DNA of 53,454 nt, counting the filler, from Jimgerdemannia flammicorona (Eukaryota): the NCBI GenBank assembly GCA_003990765.1. It is 3 parts of 3 records of this genome, joined end to end, with 100 filler letters (N's around TTAATTAATTAA, not from the genome) between each part and the next. Parts side by side here need not be neighbours in the genome. Positions count along the whole stretch, not along the records: positions 35,705 to 53,454 come from RBNJ01002424.1; 2 more parts are not named here. One strand, written 5' to 3'. Below, piece by piece: positions 36,258 to 47,820 of the stretch. Both the position numbers and the translations under genes were made by a program. Under the pieces are notes generated by a model. The model was given only the letters and a program-made list of their open reading frames with translations, was not told the origin of the DNA and made no database searches. The stretch's first letter is position 1. Every line of letters begins with the position of its first letter.

Positions 36258-37441
36258 TTTTTTTTTTTTGTTTAATGGACTCATGTCCCGCGGATTTTTA
36301 TTAGAAGGGAACCTAGACTATATAGGCCAAAACCCTCCCCCACCACCCACCAAGCACTGCCACCCCATTAACCTAGGCTAGCTATTGTCCAGCAGCTCAA
36401 CCATACTAGGCGCAGCAGGGCCAATGTAGGCCCGCACCTCATTCTGCACACCATGCTCTCCCTACTACCAGGGGAAACCCAACCATATGCCAACAACCAA
36501 AAGCGCATGCCTGAGAACCCAATGTATGTACAAGGCCATGCCTGAGCCAAATAGAATAGCCCCTGCCACCCTAAAGAGAATGACAGATAAAGAAAAAACC
36601 CTCATCAAAGTACAACATGGTGGGTAGGGCCTGGTTCTTCCAGTTGAGGTGAGTAAAGGACTTACACATGAGGCAGGAGGAAACCCCCAATACCCCACTA
36701 CTCAAGCCTGTGGGCCTTGATCACATTGCCATGTCAGCTCCCGGTTCTAGTTGAGTGCAGCCAAGATGCCTGAAATGGGTAGCCTCGGGCCTCCTGACCC
36801 CCCCTGATGACTGGGGCCCAACCCTGCTGACCGCCAAAAGAAGCTGATAGTGACACCTATCACCTAACCATGCCACACCAATCAAAAGGCCCCACCAAAG
36901 CAGCACCTGCCCCAGCCCCGATGACCACCCCCAGCCTGGCACCCCACTGGTTCACCGTAATTGCCCTTTCTCCTATCTGTGATGGCCATCTCCCCTTCCA
37001 TCCTGACAATACCCAAAAAACAGTCACCTACACCAGAACCGCGCTCACCAGGAAGCTCACCAAAGCCAGAGGGCCCCACCACAGGCACCAAGGACCTGCA
37101 GGTAACCTACACTGAGCACTTGATGCCCAAGGTCAGCCGACTCCCTATGTAGCCCGAGATACACCGAGACAACTCCTTGTTGGCAACAGCAAAAGGAAGA
37201 AGGTGCTGCACCAAAACAGATACATCCCAGATACAGCCAAAGGCACCAGAATCTGCAAAAAAGTGGAAGAAGCACCGATCTGACACCAATAAAGGGGCAA
37301 CTCATCACCATTGCCCTCCTCCCACCATGCCCCTACAGGCACAGCAAACCAACCCAAGGTAGAGGGAGTAATAATAGGGGAAAGAGGACTCAGAAGGTCG
37401 CCTACCAAACCTTGTGACTAGTAAGGTAGCAGAGAAAGAAG
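36258..37441 (-). mobile_element. 5'-truncated poly(A) retroposon (probable LINE fragment) with 19-bp TSD
   Basis: T run at ~36257-36269. CTGGCCAGTG(A/G)AAGTCTCT at 36239-36257 and 37442-37460. GGACTC close to the tail as in the other two LINEs; no clear RT motif seen. Confidence 0.6.
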
Positions 37442-37454
37442 CTGGCCAGTGGAA

Positions 37455-37695
37455 GTCTCTGTAACTGAAACATGTGGCCATTTGTTTCGCTGACTGTAGT
37501 TGAGGTCTCTGTGACTGAAAACCTCATGCCATTTTTCTGCAGCCAAAGTCCTTGTGACTGAAGCTATGTTTTTACAAGGGGTTACTGCTGAGGTCTCTGT
37601 GACTGAAGCCAGGACTCTTCATAGATTGAAGTCTCTATAACTGATACTATCTTTTATTGAGATTACTGGCTGAGGTCTCTGTGACCAATACTATG
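37455..37695 (+). repeat. degenerate tandem repeat (GAGGTCTCTGTGACTGA core)
   Basis: About 6 recurrences, plus one at ~36210 left of the retroposon. Confidence 0.6.
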
Positions 37696-39217
37696 ACTTC
37701 TCATGTTTTTTTTTTTTTTTTTTCTCATAATACTGATATTATGCATAAACTAATCTATATATCTCATGCTATGTAGGGCCTACAAACCACCAATATTGGC
37801 CATATTGAGGGCTCTATATACTGTATGTATGAAACTGGAGGTTGTATTCTCAAAAAATGCAAAATCAATAATTGTGCCAATGCAGTCTGTGTTACAAACA
37901 ACTAGACTCTATGTGCACCAACTGTTGCTAAAGGAATATGGGTGTGTCTACTGCATGATGGCAAGGTCAGCATAGCCTTATTCTATAATGCCAATTGCCA
38001 TGTTGACATCCAGACCATTGAGCTCATATCATTTTCCGATTGGGAGATTCTTCTGTCAGCAACCAAAATAATCTTTGCATCATATAGTATAAGTAATGAT
38101 GTCTATCAACAATATTATAAAAATTATTTGTCATCTATATCAATTCTGATAGAATTCTTATATCCAACTAGCAAGGACAAATCTAGTTTGCAAATCACTT
38201 ATTCTCCAGAGGAGACATGTTGCATATGATAGATGAAAGTGTAGATACAAAATAATGACCTAATATAAGCAAATGGCTGCTGATACTGATACATATAAAT
38301 GGTGATAGAGACTTGTGGTTTGAGATCAATGAAAGTGAACAACCATGGGCTACTCCACTCAAGCAATTCATTGGTACCATCTTTGATAATCAGAAAATCT
38401 GTAACATAAATCTGGTATTATTCATCTGTGGCTTGATCATTCACTTGACAAAAACCAATACAAAGAAAAAGCTACATAATGAGACCACATGTATAATCTC
38501 TGTACTGCAAAGATATGTTTTCTTTACTACCTCCAGTTATCAGACCTTTATGGGTCAGATTTAATTAACATACAATTTCCTGTAAATTTACAGATCACAC
38601 ATTGGAAAAGTCATCATGTTTACAAATTACAACCTCCAATCTGGTTGAGTTACTGGTAATATCCTGACAGTAATTGAGCAATATGAGATGTGTGGTGTCC
38701 CACTCTCAGATCAGATGCTGTTTACCAGCATAGTGATATATTGAGCCCTATCTGGGTATTGGAAAATGGAGAGAGGACATTTATCTACAGGAACTTGACA
38801 CTGTACTCCAAGTATCCTCAGGCATTAAAAGGTAGTCAAAAGTGTACATCAATCAATTAGAGCAAAGATGGTAGATATGTTGTAGAGGTGGTAGGATGCA
38901 AAGCATCTCGCTGTATATAATAAAATCAGATTTATTAATAGATAGAATTTCATATGTGAATAAACTACAAAACTTCGGTCATTTTCCAAGCAGAGAGAAT
39001 TTTGGCAGAGGAGACTTTAGTATTTCCCTTTACCCCATATTTATTCTATATATACCCTTTCTCTTCACTCCATATTTGTTCTGTACCAGCTCCCTCTCTC
39101 TTTGTTTAGTAATAAATAAAAATGGTTATTTATTAACCTGTGAAGTTATATATTTTTTTAATAAGTTCATTGTCTTGAAATAGAATTTTTAGATAATTAT
39201 ATATAAATAAAAACTTA

Positions 39218-39340
39218 TTAAAAGCATAAGCTAAAAGTATAATACATAAAAAATAAGTGAAATATATATGCAAAATTAAAAACTTGTTACAAGCATATTG
39301 AAAGCATAGGTTAAAAAGTATAATATATAGGAAACAAGTG

Positions 39341-39407
<67 letters not shown>

Positions 39408-41424
39408 TATATATACAAAAAGTATAAAGCATAAAAAATACATATAGTATGTGACTTGCAATCTTCAGTGGCTGAGGTTAGAGCAAGTGGATCCAAACGT
39501 TCACCTTTAGATACATATTTTTTGATATATGTCCAAGTTTTGAAGGAATCTTATATATTTTCCATACTCTTAAACTTTATATATTGTGAACTTAATTTGG
39601 AGTAAGCAAGGATATTATGTTATATATTTTTCAAGCTTGAAAAAGTGTTCTCTTTCGGTCTTTTTCTGATAACTCTGAAAACTCTTCTTGAAAACAGTTG
39701 GTAACAGCTCATTGTTGCAAAGTCTTGTTAGATGAAGAATCATGTTTTTCATCAATTTGCAGTCTTTTTCCTAATATATGTCAAGCATATGTCTCTTTCT
39801 TTTCTATAGCATTCATTGCTTATATATATAAATTGCAATATATTTTAGTTGGTTCTTCCTGTATTGGCTTCACTTGGTCTTGTGCTTTATGAAGAGCTGC
39901 TCCCACTTGCTCAGGGGTCTTTCTTTTTTTGGCTTTTCTTACTTTGACACTAGCAAGATGCTTGTATTTTCTAGTGACATCTTGTTTTGCCTTCTTGTCA
40001 AGAAGCCTTCATTCTTCATTCTTTTCATCTTCATTATCAGATGAAGAAGATAGAGATGGAGAGGGTGAAAAGTCAGTACAGTTTATACAAAATATACCAT
40101 TTAGTAAAATATGAAATTCTCCCCAAAGAGAGTTTTTAAGAAGAGCAGAAAGGATACCAAAATGTATCAAAGCTACTGATGAAAAGTCTGTATGAGTAAT
40201 GCATTGTTCCAGTATGAGATTATTTTATTTGTTTACAGTCTGGCCTCAGAAAATTAAAAGTAAGTATCTAATTTGGCCTTTGTATACAATTGAGCAATTT
40301 GAGCAGCTTGAGCAATTTGAGCAGCTTTCTAGTCTTTGTAAATAGAAAGGTGAGTAGAGATCAGTGGAGATTCAGTGGTTGCAATGCCCTCCAGTAAAGT
40401 GGATGGGTGGGTAGAGATCAGTGGAGATTCAGTGAGTAGAGATTTAATGGTAATGGTGGGCTTGAGCAATTTGAGCAATTTGAGCAGCTTGAGCTAAGCA
40501 GTTTGAGTAACTTGAGCAGCTTGAGTGATTTGGAAAAGGTTTTTTGGTTTAGCATGAGTGATTTGAGCAGCTTGAGCAGCCTTGAGCAGCTTGAGTGGCT
40601 TGAGCAATTTGAGCAGCTTGAGCAATTTGAGCAGCTTTCTAGTCTTTGTAAAGTAGATGGATGGGTGGAGATTGGTGGAGATTTGGTGGTTGTGATGCTC
40701 TCCAGTGAAGTGGATGAGTAGGTAGAGATTGGTGGAGATTCAGTGAGTGGAGATTCAATAGTAACAGTGGGCTTGAGCAATTTGGGTGGCTTGAGCTGAG
40801 CATTTTGAGTGGCTTGAACAGCTTGAGTGATTTGGAAAAGGTTTTTTGGTTTGGTATGAGTGATTTGAGTGGGTTGAGTAGCCTTGAGCAGCTTGAGTGG
40901 CTTGAGAAATTTGAGCAGCTTGAGCAATTTGAGCAGCTTGAGCAATTTGAGCAGCTTGAGCAATTTGAGCAGCTTGAGCAATTTGAGCAGCTTGAGCAAT
41001 TTGAGCAGCTTGAGCAATTTGTGCAGCTTGAGCAATTTGAGCAGCTTGAGCAATTTGAGCAGCTTGAGCAATTTGAGCAGCTTGAGCAATTTGAGCAGCT
41101 TGAGCAATTTGAGCAACTTGAGCAATTTGAGCAACTTGAGTGATTTGAGCAGCTTTCTAGTCTTTGTAAAGTAGATGGGTGGGTGGAGATTGGTAGAGAT
41201 TCAGTGGTAGAGATTTGGTAGTTACAACACCCTCTAGTGAAGTGGATGAGTGGGTAGAGATCAGTGGAGATTCAGTGAGTTGTAATTCAATGATAATGGT
41301 GAGCTTGAGTGATGAGCAGCTTGAGCAGCTTGAGTGATTTGGAAAAGGTTTTTTGGTTTGGCATGAGTGCTTGAGTGGCCTTGAGCAGCTTGAGTGGCTT
41401 GAGCAATTTGAGTGATTTGAGCAG
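39218..41424 (-). repeat. left arm of a long inverted repeat, with decayed unknown ORF
   Basis: Reverse complement aligns to 48662-50235 + 52726-52862. Confidence 0.85.
40905..41150 (+). repeat. 18-bp (2 x 9-bp) tandem array TTGAGCAGC-TTGAGCAAT
   Basis: About 12 near-perfect units; produces the LKL/EQFEQL/SNLSSL low-complexity ORFs. Confidence 0.95.
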
Positions 41425-41975
41425 CTTGTGGCTTGTGATAATTAACTAATTATACCTATTCTTGCATTTTTGCAAGTTTACAACCTTCTTCCATATATAT
41501 TGTACAAAATTTACCAAAGATTTTTTCTTCTTTTTGCCAACTTACTATCTTTATACTTTTAGTTTTACTTATATTAGTAATTTTAGAAAGACATCTTTCA
41601 TTCTTTCTTATAATAAAAAAACTACATCTTTCATCATCTGATACTATAGTTCTTTTATACTTCTTTTTTTTTTAGTATTTTCTTACTTATTTCCAATATA
41701 ACCATCATTATCTTATAGTTATATAGTTGATGCACATTGCTTGATAAACTTTTTTCTATTTGCAAGATATTTTTTTCTTTTTGCTGTTAAATTTAACTAT
41801 CGCATCTATTCCTCTTCTTTTGCAAGATGTAAGAAAAATTTGTTAGCATTTTCAGAAAGTGAAATATATTGAAGCTGGAATACTTCAATTACATATTATG
41901 GTCCTTCATTCTAGCATAAATCAGCTTCATGAATTCTGTTTGCAATATGCTTAAAGTGTTTAAACTTATATGCAG

Positions 41976-43522
41976 TATAACGGTGACCCCAGAATGATGA
42001 CATCAGCACAGGAGACAGCCTTTCCTTACAAGCCACTAGATCGGAGCACAAGAAGATTATACGGCATATGAGATGAGCAATGATGACCAACTGTAAGTCA
42101 TTGTGACCACAGCACAAGCATCCTGAAGAATATAAAAGAAGGATCAAGGAACTGCAGTAGCAGCAACCAATAAGAACCACTAATCCCAAAATAGCTCAAA
42201 GACTTATCACAAATGAAATGCCTGCTACCCACCAAACCTCAAGGTCAAGGAATCACCAAGGTATCTCAGTCGAGGAAAGGATGTTCTAAGACATCAGAAT
42301 AGTCATAGGGACCTGCTCAAGAAGGACTCCTAGTGTCAACCTGGGTACTGCAGACCCTTATCACTTTATTCTCTACTGCCACAAAATGGAAACAAGGATC
42401 ACTATTGCTACCGAATGCCTCCAAATGTGGCAGGAGTACAAAATAGGAAATCTCCTCTACCAGGAGTTCTCAGAGGCCAGCACCCAAGAGCTATAAGATG
42501 CCACTCCCATGGATATATGCGAAACAAGGACAGCTAAGAAGATCCATCAGATCTTCAGGCATGTACCATGGTCGATCCCCAACTTGGAGTATGTTAGAGT
42601 CTTGGACTTCAGAGATCTGTCATCCCACCGAGTCAATGCACTAGAAGCCAGGGTGGCTACAGAAGCCCAGTCCACTATCACCCTCAATAGTGAAGAAGTA
42701 GAAGACTTCTGGTATCCTATCCTTCAGGACAACCCAGATCAATTCCTGCAAGGATTGATCTCAGTATTCCAAGGCCCAAGCATCCGGGTTAGATCTCCCC
42801 AAGACCCCACATTTGTTTCTTATTTTGTGGAAGAGAACCTCATAGACTGAAGAGCTCTAGACCTTGTCCCCAATTTCCCCACCACAGCCAAACATGATGA
42901 CATCATCAATGACGTCATCCTGTATGACATACCTGAAGCACACGAAGTACATGAAATGTGCAACCTACATGACAAATTCGTGGATCTCATCTTCTTCAGT
43001 GATGATGATGATGAAGCCCCCATGATTCTGAACTTTCTGCTCTAAGTTCTTTATTATACTGGATAATGCCAGCACTGGTATTCTCATGTAACACTGGATA
43101 ATACTAGCACTGGTATTCTGAGGTGATGCAAAATTATTCCAGCACTGGCATTTTGATGTGACACTAAATAATGCCAGCATCCTGAACCTGTACAACCATC
43201 AATACCAGCCCTGGAACTTAGTAGTTTTAGTTATTGGAATTTATATTTAGCTTTATATCTTAGCAACCATTGAATTATATTTTTGTATAAATACCCCTCT
43301 TATTTCCTCTGAAATAAAGTCACTCTTCTCAGTGCAATACATACTTCCTTGCAAGCAATTTAAGAGATAACAAGATAGTTAAAGATAAGAAGTTTGAGGA
43401 CTATAAAACCTTGAGAAGGTACTCCAATAAGAACTTACTTATAACAAACTTGAGTTAGTCTAAGAGATACACCTTGAAGAGAATCTGGCATATTTGAAGG
43501 ACTCAGCAACCACTATGTGACA
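41976..43522 (+). repeat. family A solo LTR (1547 bp), 4-bp TSD GCAG/GTAG
   Basis: Full match to 2800-4378. Removing the LTR plus 4 bp restores the transposase frame (RLTFT|AYKFKH). Confidence 0.9.
42218..43045 (+). pseudogene. LTR-encoded accessory protein, family A solo LTR (275 codons, internal stops)
   Basis: MPATHQ..WQEYKIGNLL..TAKKIHQIFRHVPWSIPNL..DNPDQFLQGL..FVDLIFFSDDDDEAPMILNFLL*; TATAAAA at 42131. Confidence 0.82.
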
Positions 43523-45000
43523 GTAGTAAAAGTAAGTCTCTTATGATGTAAACTCTCATTTTGGTTTGTTCTAAGACTGTTTATATAAAAATCACAATCA
43601 TCAAGTAATATATGTATAATCTTCTTTATGCAATCTTGAGCATCTTGATAGATTTGAATTTCTCTTTCAGTAGTATTTGATAAAGGTTTATATAACTTAT
43701 CTTGTATCAGTGGTGGAATTTGAATAGTAATTAGTTGAAGAATATGATATAGAGAGTCTGTAGTAAAATAGAGATATTTTAATAATCTCATATTGTTTAT
43801 AGTTGATATCTCTTCTCTTAATTGTTTATGAGGAATTTGTAAATAATCTGCTTCAGCTTCTCTATAGTCATCATCTTTATTATCATTATTCTCATTAAGT
43901 TCTATATCTTCTTCTTCTTCTTTTTCTCTTTCAACTTCTTCTTCTTCTTCTTCTTATTCTCCAGTATTAGTTGTTATACTAATAAGAGTATCAGAGATAT
44001 TAACAATATAAGGTAAATTCTCAACTATTAAAATATCATCAGCTTGTTGATTCTGTAAAAACTCTTGCATAATTTGTTGATTACTTTTAGCAATATCCCA
44101 GATAAGATAGAAATTCTGTAAAGAATTATCTATATTATTAGAGTTATTATAATGTGACAAAATAGTATATTTATATTTACCAGTATTTAAAGGAATTAAT
44201 GTTGAGTTATTTTGTTCAGATCTATAAAGAATGTTGAATGGTTGATTGATTTTATATAATACTGATACTGATTGTAATTGTATAATATCACCTTTACAGA
44301 TATCATCTAAATTATCCATAGCTTGAAATAGTGATGTTGTTGTAGTGAGAATAATATCTCTAAATCGGTGAGGATATCCATCAGTACAGTTCTTATGATT
44401 ATCATAGAAAATATATTGTTCCAGATTTTTCAACAGCTTCTGTAGATTAGATTTATCTCTTTTCTGTCAAATATTCATCATTATATTGAGTATAATTTCT
44501 AATAATTGCTTCAGCAAACTTAGCTAAAACTAAGTTTTGTCCACATTCAGCAATAATAAATTTTCTTAAATTTTTCTTTTTGTGAGCAAAATCATGAGTA
44601 TTGAGTATTGTCTCACCATTAAGAAGAATTCCTTGAATTTCTTTAGCTTTTTTGAAAGCTTTTGCATCTGCATCTATACAGAGAGAGTGAATTCAAAGAT
44701 TTCTTCTTTTCATTTCTTTCATGATATTTATCAAAACTTTTCCTGCCATTGTATTACTAGATCCATGAAAGTTTTGATCTCCATGAGATTGAATTATCCA
44801 GTTTCCATTAGAGTCTTTTTGAGATATATCAATATTATTTCTTGATACAATACTTGTTGCAATAATTTTAGATTTTGAGTTTAGCTCCTGTCCTTGTACC
44901 ATTAGAGTTCCAGTATAGTCTTGTGTATTTCTTCTATGTGTCCAAGCTTCATCCCATGTAGCTTGCATAATGATATTATTTTTTGCAAGTAAATTACCTA

Positions 45001-46158
45001 TTTTTTTTTTTTTTTTATAGTCCCTTGGACTCCGTCTTTATTACCAGTCTATGAATAAGTATACAATATCACCACAATATAATATAATATTGCCACCCAC
45101 TATTTGATCCCCATCAGGGGGCCCCTCCCTCCCCACCTCTTCATGTATAAAGATCACCCTCTCACCAACAACTCCAACTCTCCCACCACTCTGACCACAG
45201 ATTTTCACCACCAAGCAGCGCCTCTGACCCCCCTGCAGCCCCCAACCCAGCCACCAGCCTGTCAAGGTATTCTCCATAAGGCACTGCCACCATGATAACC
45301 TGCTCCCCAAGCTCTGTCACCTCTCCTCCTCAAATACAAACAGCCAGTGACCAGCCAGCCCAACCCAAATAGCCAATGCCCAGCCTAAAGTAATCCACTC
45401 CTCTCCTACCCCTCCTACCAATCGATCCCTCAGGTCCTCCCACCTCCCTCGTACATTATCTCCCCTATGCCTCACCCCCAAGCAGTTCCCAATGGCCCAC
45501 CAAAAGTCTCTCAACACCTCATACTCCCCTAGCCAATGTTCTGGTGTCTGTACAAATCCCCCTTCCTGCCCTACATTATGGCACTCCTCACAGTCAAAAC
45601 AGCCCCCTATGACAAGGTGACCGGAGCAGAAGTTAAGCATTACATTTCTCCTCAGTACGCACCACCAAACCACCCAGTACTTCGGTGACATCCACATTTT
45701 CACTGCAGCACTCCAGGTCCAAACCCCATGCTAGTCCCACTCCTCACCAATTCCAACTCCTTGCCAACCACTAGGCCACAGATCTTGGCCTAGTCCCCTT
45801 TGGCACTCGATTCCATCACCAATGTCGAACTCAAGTAGAGGCATGCCTCCCAGAAGAATGCCATCCCAACTCTACATCGCCGGGCCCCAAGCCCTCTCCC
45901 CTTCATCCCCTTACCAGCAAATACCAATGCAGTGCGCCCCCTCAGCGATCCCCCACCAGAAGCCTTTGTATCTCAGTTGGGCAGTATTCTGAAGCCCAAC
46001 AAATGCAAGAAGATTGCCAGTTGAGCCTCTTGGCAACAACCGCCTCTCCCAGACCTTCTGCAGCAGGGGAACCCAGCCCCCTCCCCACAACTCCACCACC
46101 CTCTTAAGCCACCATGCCCTCAAGCAGTGTAGTCATTTGGGGAAGTCCACCAGCCCCA
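45001..46158 (-). mobile_element. 5'-truncated LINE related to the 5113-8183 element, ~16-bp TSD
   Basis: T run 45001-45017; homologous to 5141-6235 (GHLV.GGCFDCEEC.N.GQEGG..Q.PEHWL). TSD GCAAGTAAATTAC(C)TA at 44985-45000 and 46159-46173. Confidence 0.88.
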
Positions 46159-47058
46159 GCAAGTAAATTACTATATTTTTCTCTACTTTTTTGTGCTAGC
46201 AATCTGCAGATATTTCCATGACTTTGTTGTTGTTGATGAAAGGTTTTGTTGCTGTAAATGGAATATCCATTGCTGCAAAGAATTTCCTCATTTCTACAAA
46301 ATCTATAGTTGTAATAGTAGCAGTAACAGCAACTCTAGCTTGAGTTAATGATTGTTTCTTTTTTCTAGTTCCAGTAGAATATATCTTTAGTCCTCTATCA
46401 AATATACTAGATTCTCTACAGTTTGTACAAGTAAATATTAATTCTACAGATGGTGCATATTTTTGCTTATTATATGTAGTGCAAATAATTATTTTCTTTA
46501 CAAAACATTTATTATTTCCACAACTGAAAGTTTTTGTAATAAAGTTGATCAATACTTGCTGACTAATGATTGCCATTCTTGATTCTTCAATAATATCAAT
46601 AGATTGATATTGTTGTTGTTAATTATGTTCTGAACAAATAAATCTTTTATCAGAAGTTTGTTGAAAGTTTTCTATCATCTGCTTTGGTAATATAGGCTTA
46701 GAATGACAAAGATAACATTTTACAAATGATTTGTAAAATTCTGTATCAAGTCCAAACAACTTTGGTCCACTAATATTTTCTTTCAATGCTGAAGTCCATG
46801 GTCCTGATGGCTTCTTACTTTCAAATATCTGATTTATTGAGAGATTTTGTACTGAAAATAATAGTTGTCCCATTGATATAGAAATGTTGAAAGAATATTG
46901 TTGTTGATCTTTTTCTCATTTATATATTCCTGCCTATCCATCTCAAATAATATATTCTTTATAATGTTTTTCAACAATTTTGCCAAAATTTGTAATGTAT
47001 ATAGAATGTTCAATTGTTGTTGTCAGTTTGTATGTATCAGTGATATCTATAATTTGGA

Positions 47059-47820
47059 GCTGGAGGAAAATCAGTAAGCAGGAGGGAAATTGGCAAGCAG
47101 GAGAGAAATCAGCAAGAAGGAGGGAAATCAGCAAGCAGGAGAGAAATCAGTGAGCAGGAGGGGAATTGGCAAGCAGGAGGGAAATCAGCAAGCAGGAGGG
47201 AAATCGGCAAGCAGGAGGGAAATTGGCAGGCAGGAGGGAAATTGGTGAGCAGGAGGAGTAGAAGGGAAATTGGTGAGCAGAGGGAAATCAGCAAGCAGGA
47301 GAGAAATCAGTGAGTAGGAGAGAAATTGGCAAGCAGGAGAGAAATCAGTAAGTAGGAGAGAAATCAGTAAGCAGGAGAGAAATCAGTAAGTAGGAGGGAA
47401 ATCAGTGAGCAGAGTGTAGGAGGGAAATCAGTAAGCAGGAGAGAAATCAGCAAGCAGGAGGAAAATCAGCAAGCAGGAGGAAAATCAGTGAGCAGGAGAG
47501 AAATCGATGAGCAGGAGAGAAATTGGTGAGCAAGAGGGAAATCAGCAAGCAGCAAGCAGGAGGAAAATCAGTGAGCAGGAGAGAAATCAGCAAGCAGGAG
47601 AGAAATCGGCGAGCAGTGAACAGGAGGAAAATCAGTAAGCAGGAGAGAAATCAGTGAGCAGGAGGAAAATTGATGAGCAGGAGGGAAATCAGTGAGCAGG
47701 AGAGAAATTGGTGAGCAGAAGAGAAATCAGTAAGTATGAGAGAAATTGGCTAGCAGGAGAGAATTTGGCAAGCAGGAGAGAAATCGATGAGCAGGAGAGA
47801 AAATAGGGAGCAGGAGAAAA
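47059..47820 (+). repeat. 19-bp minisatellite (AGCAGGAGAGAAATCAGTG-like), roughly 35-40 units
   Basis: Direct reading; purine-rich on the + strand. Confidence 0.92.

Larger units (their letters stand above)
41450..46873 (-). pseudogene. Kolobok/Mutator-like DDE transposase, split by a LINE and a solo LTR
   Basis: After removing both insertions the frame reads through: CYLC..ICSEH (THAP-like), CTNC, ATWDEAWTHRRN..GT..KIIA..SR, NFHGSSNTM, CIDAD, HDFAHKKK, DNHKNC, RTNQNESLHHKR..YK..RIHEADLC*NEG. Ends approximate; at least one frameshift near 44440. Confidence 0.65.

Noticed and set aside
37740..38920. Possible decayed gene on the + strand
   Set aside because: Many stops and no recognisable motif; cannot be supported.
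39133..39496. Poly-Phe ORFs (also 4991-5326)
   Set aside because: Translations of homopolymer runs.
40418..41174. ORFs of (LKL)n, (EQFEQL)n, (SNLSSL)n as leucine-zipper or LRR proteins
   Set aside because: Products of a 9/18-bp tandem array that is open in several frames.
47059..47820. Minisatellite or the 37455-37695 repeat as a CRISPR array
   Set aside because: Repeats are degenerate and there are no unique spacers of constant length or cas genes; the context is eukaryotic.
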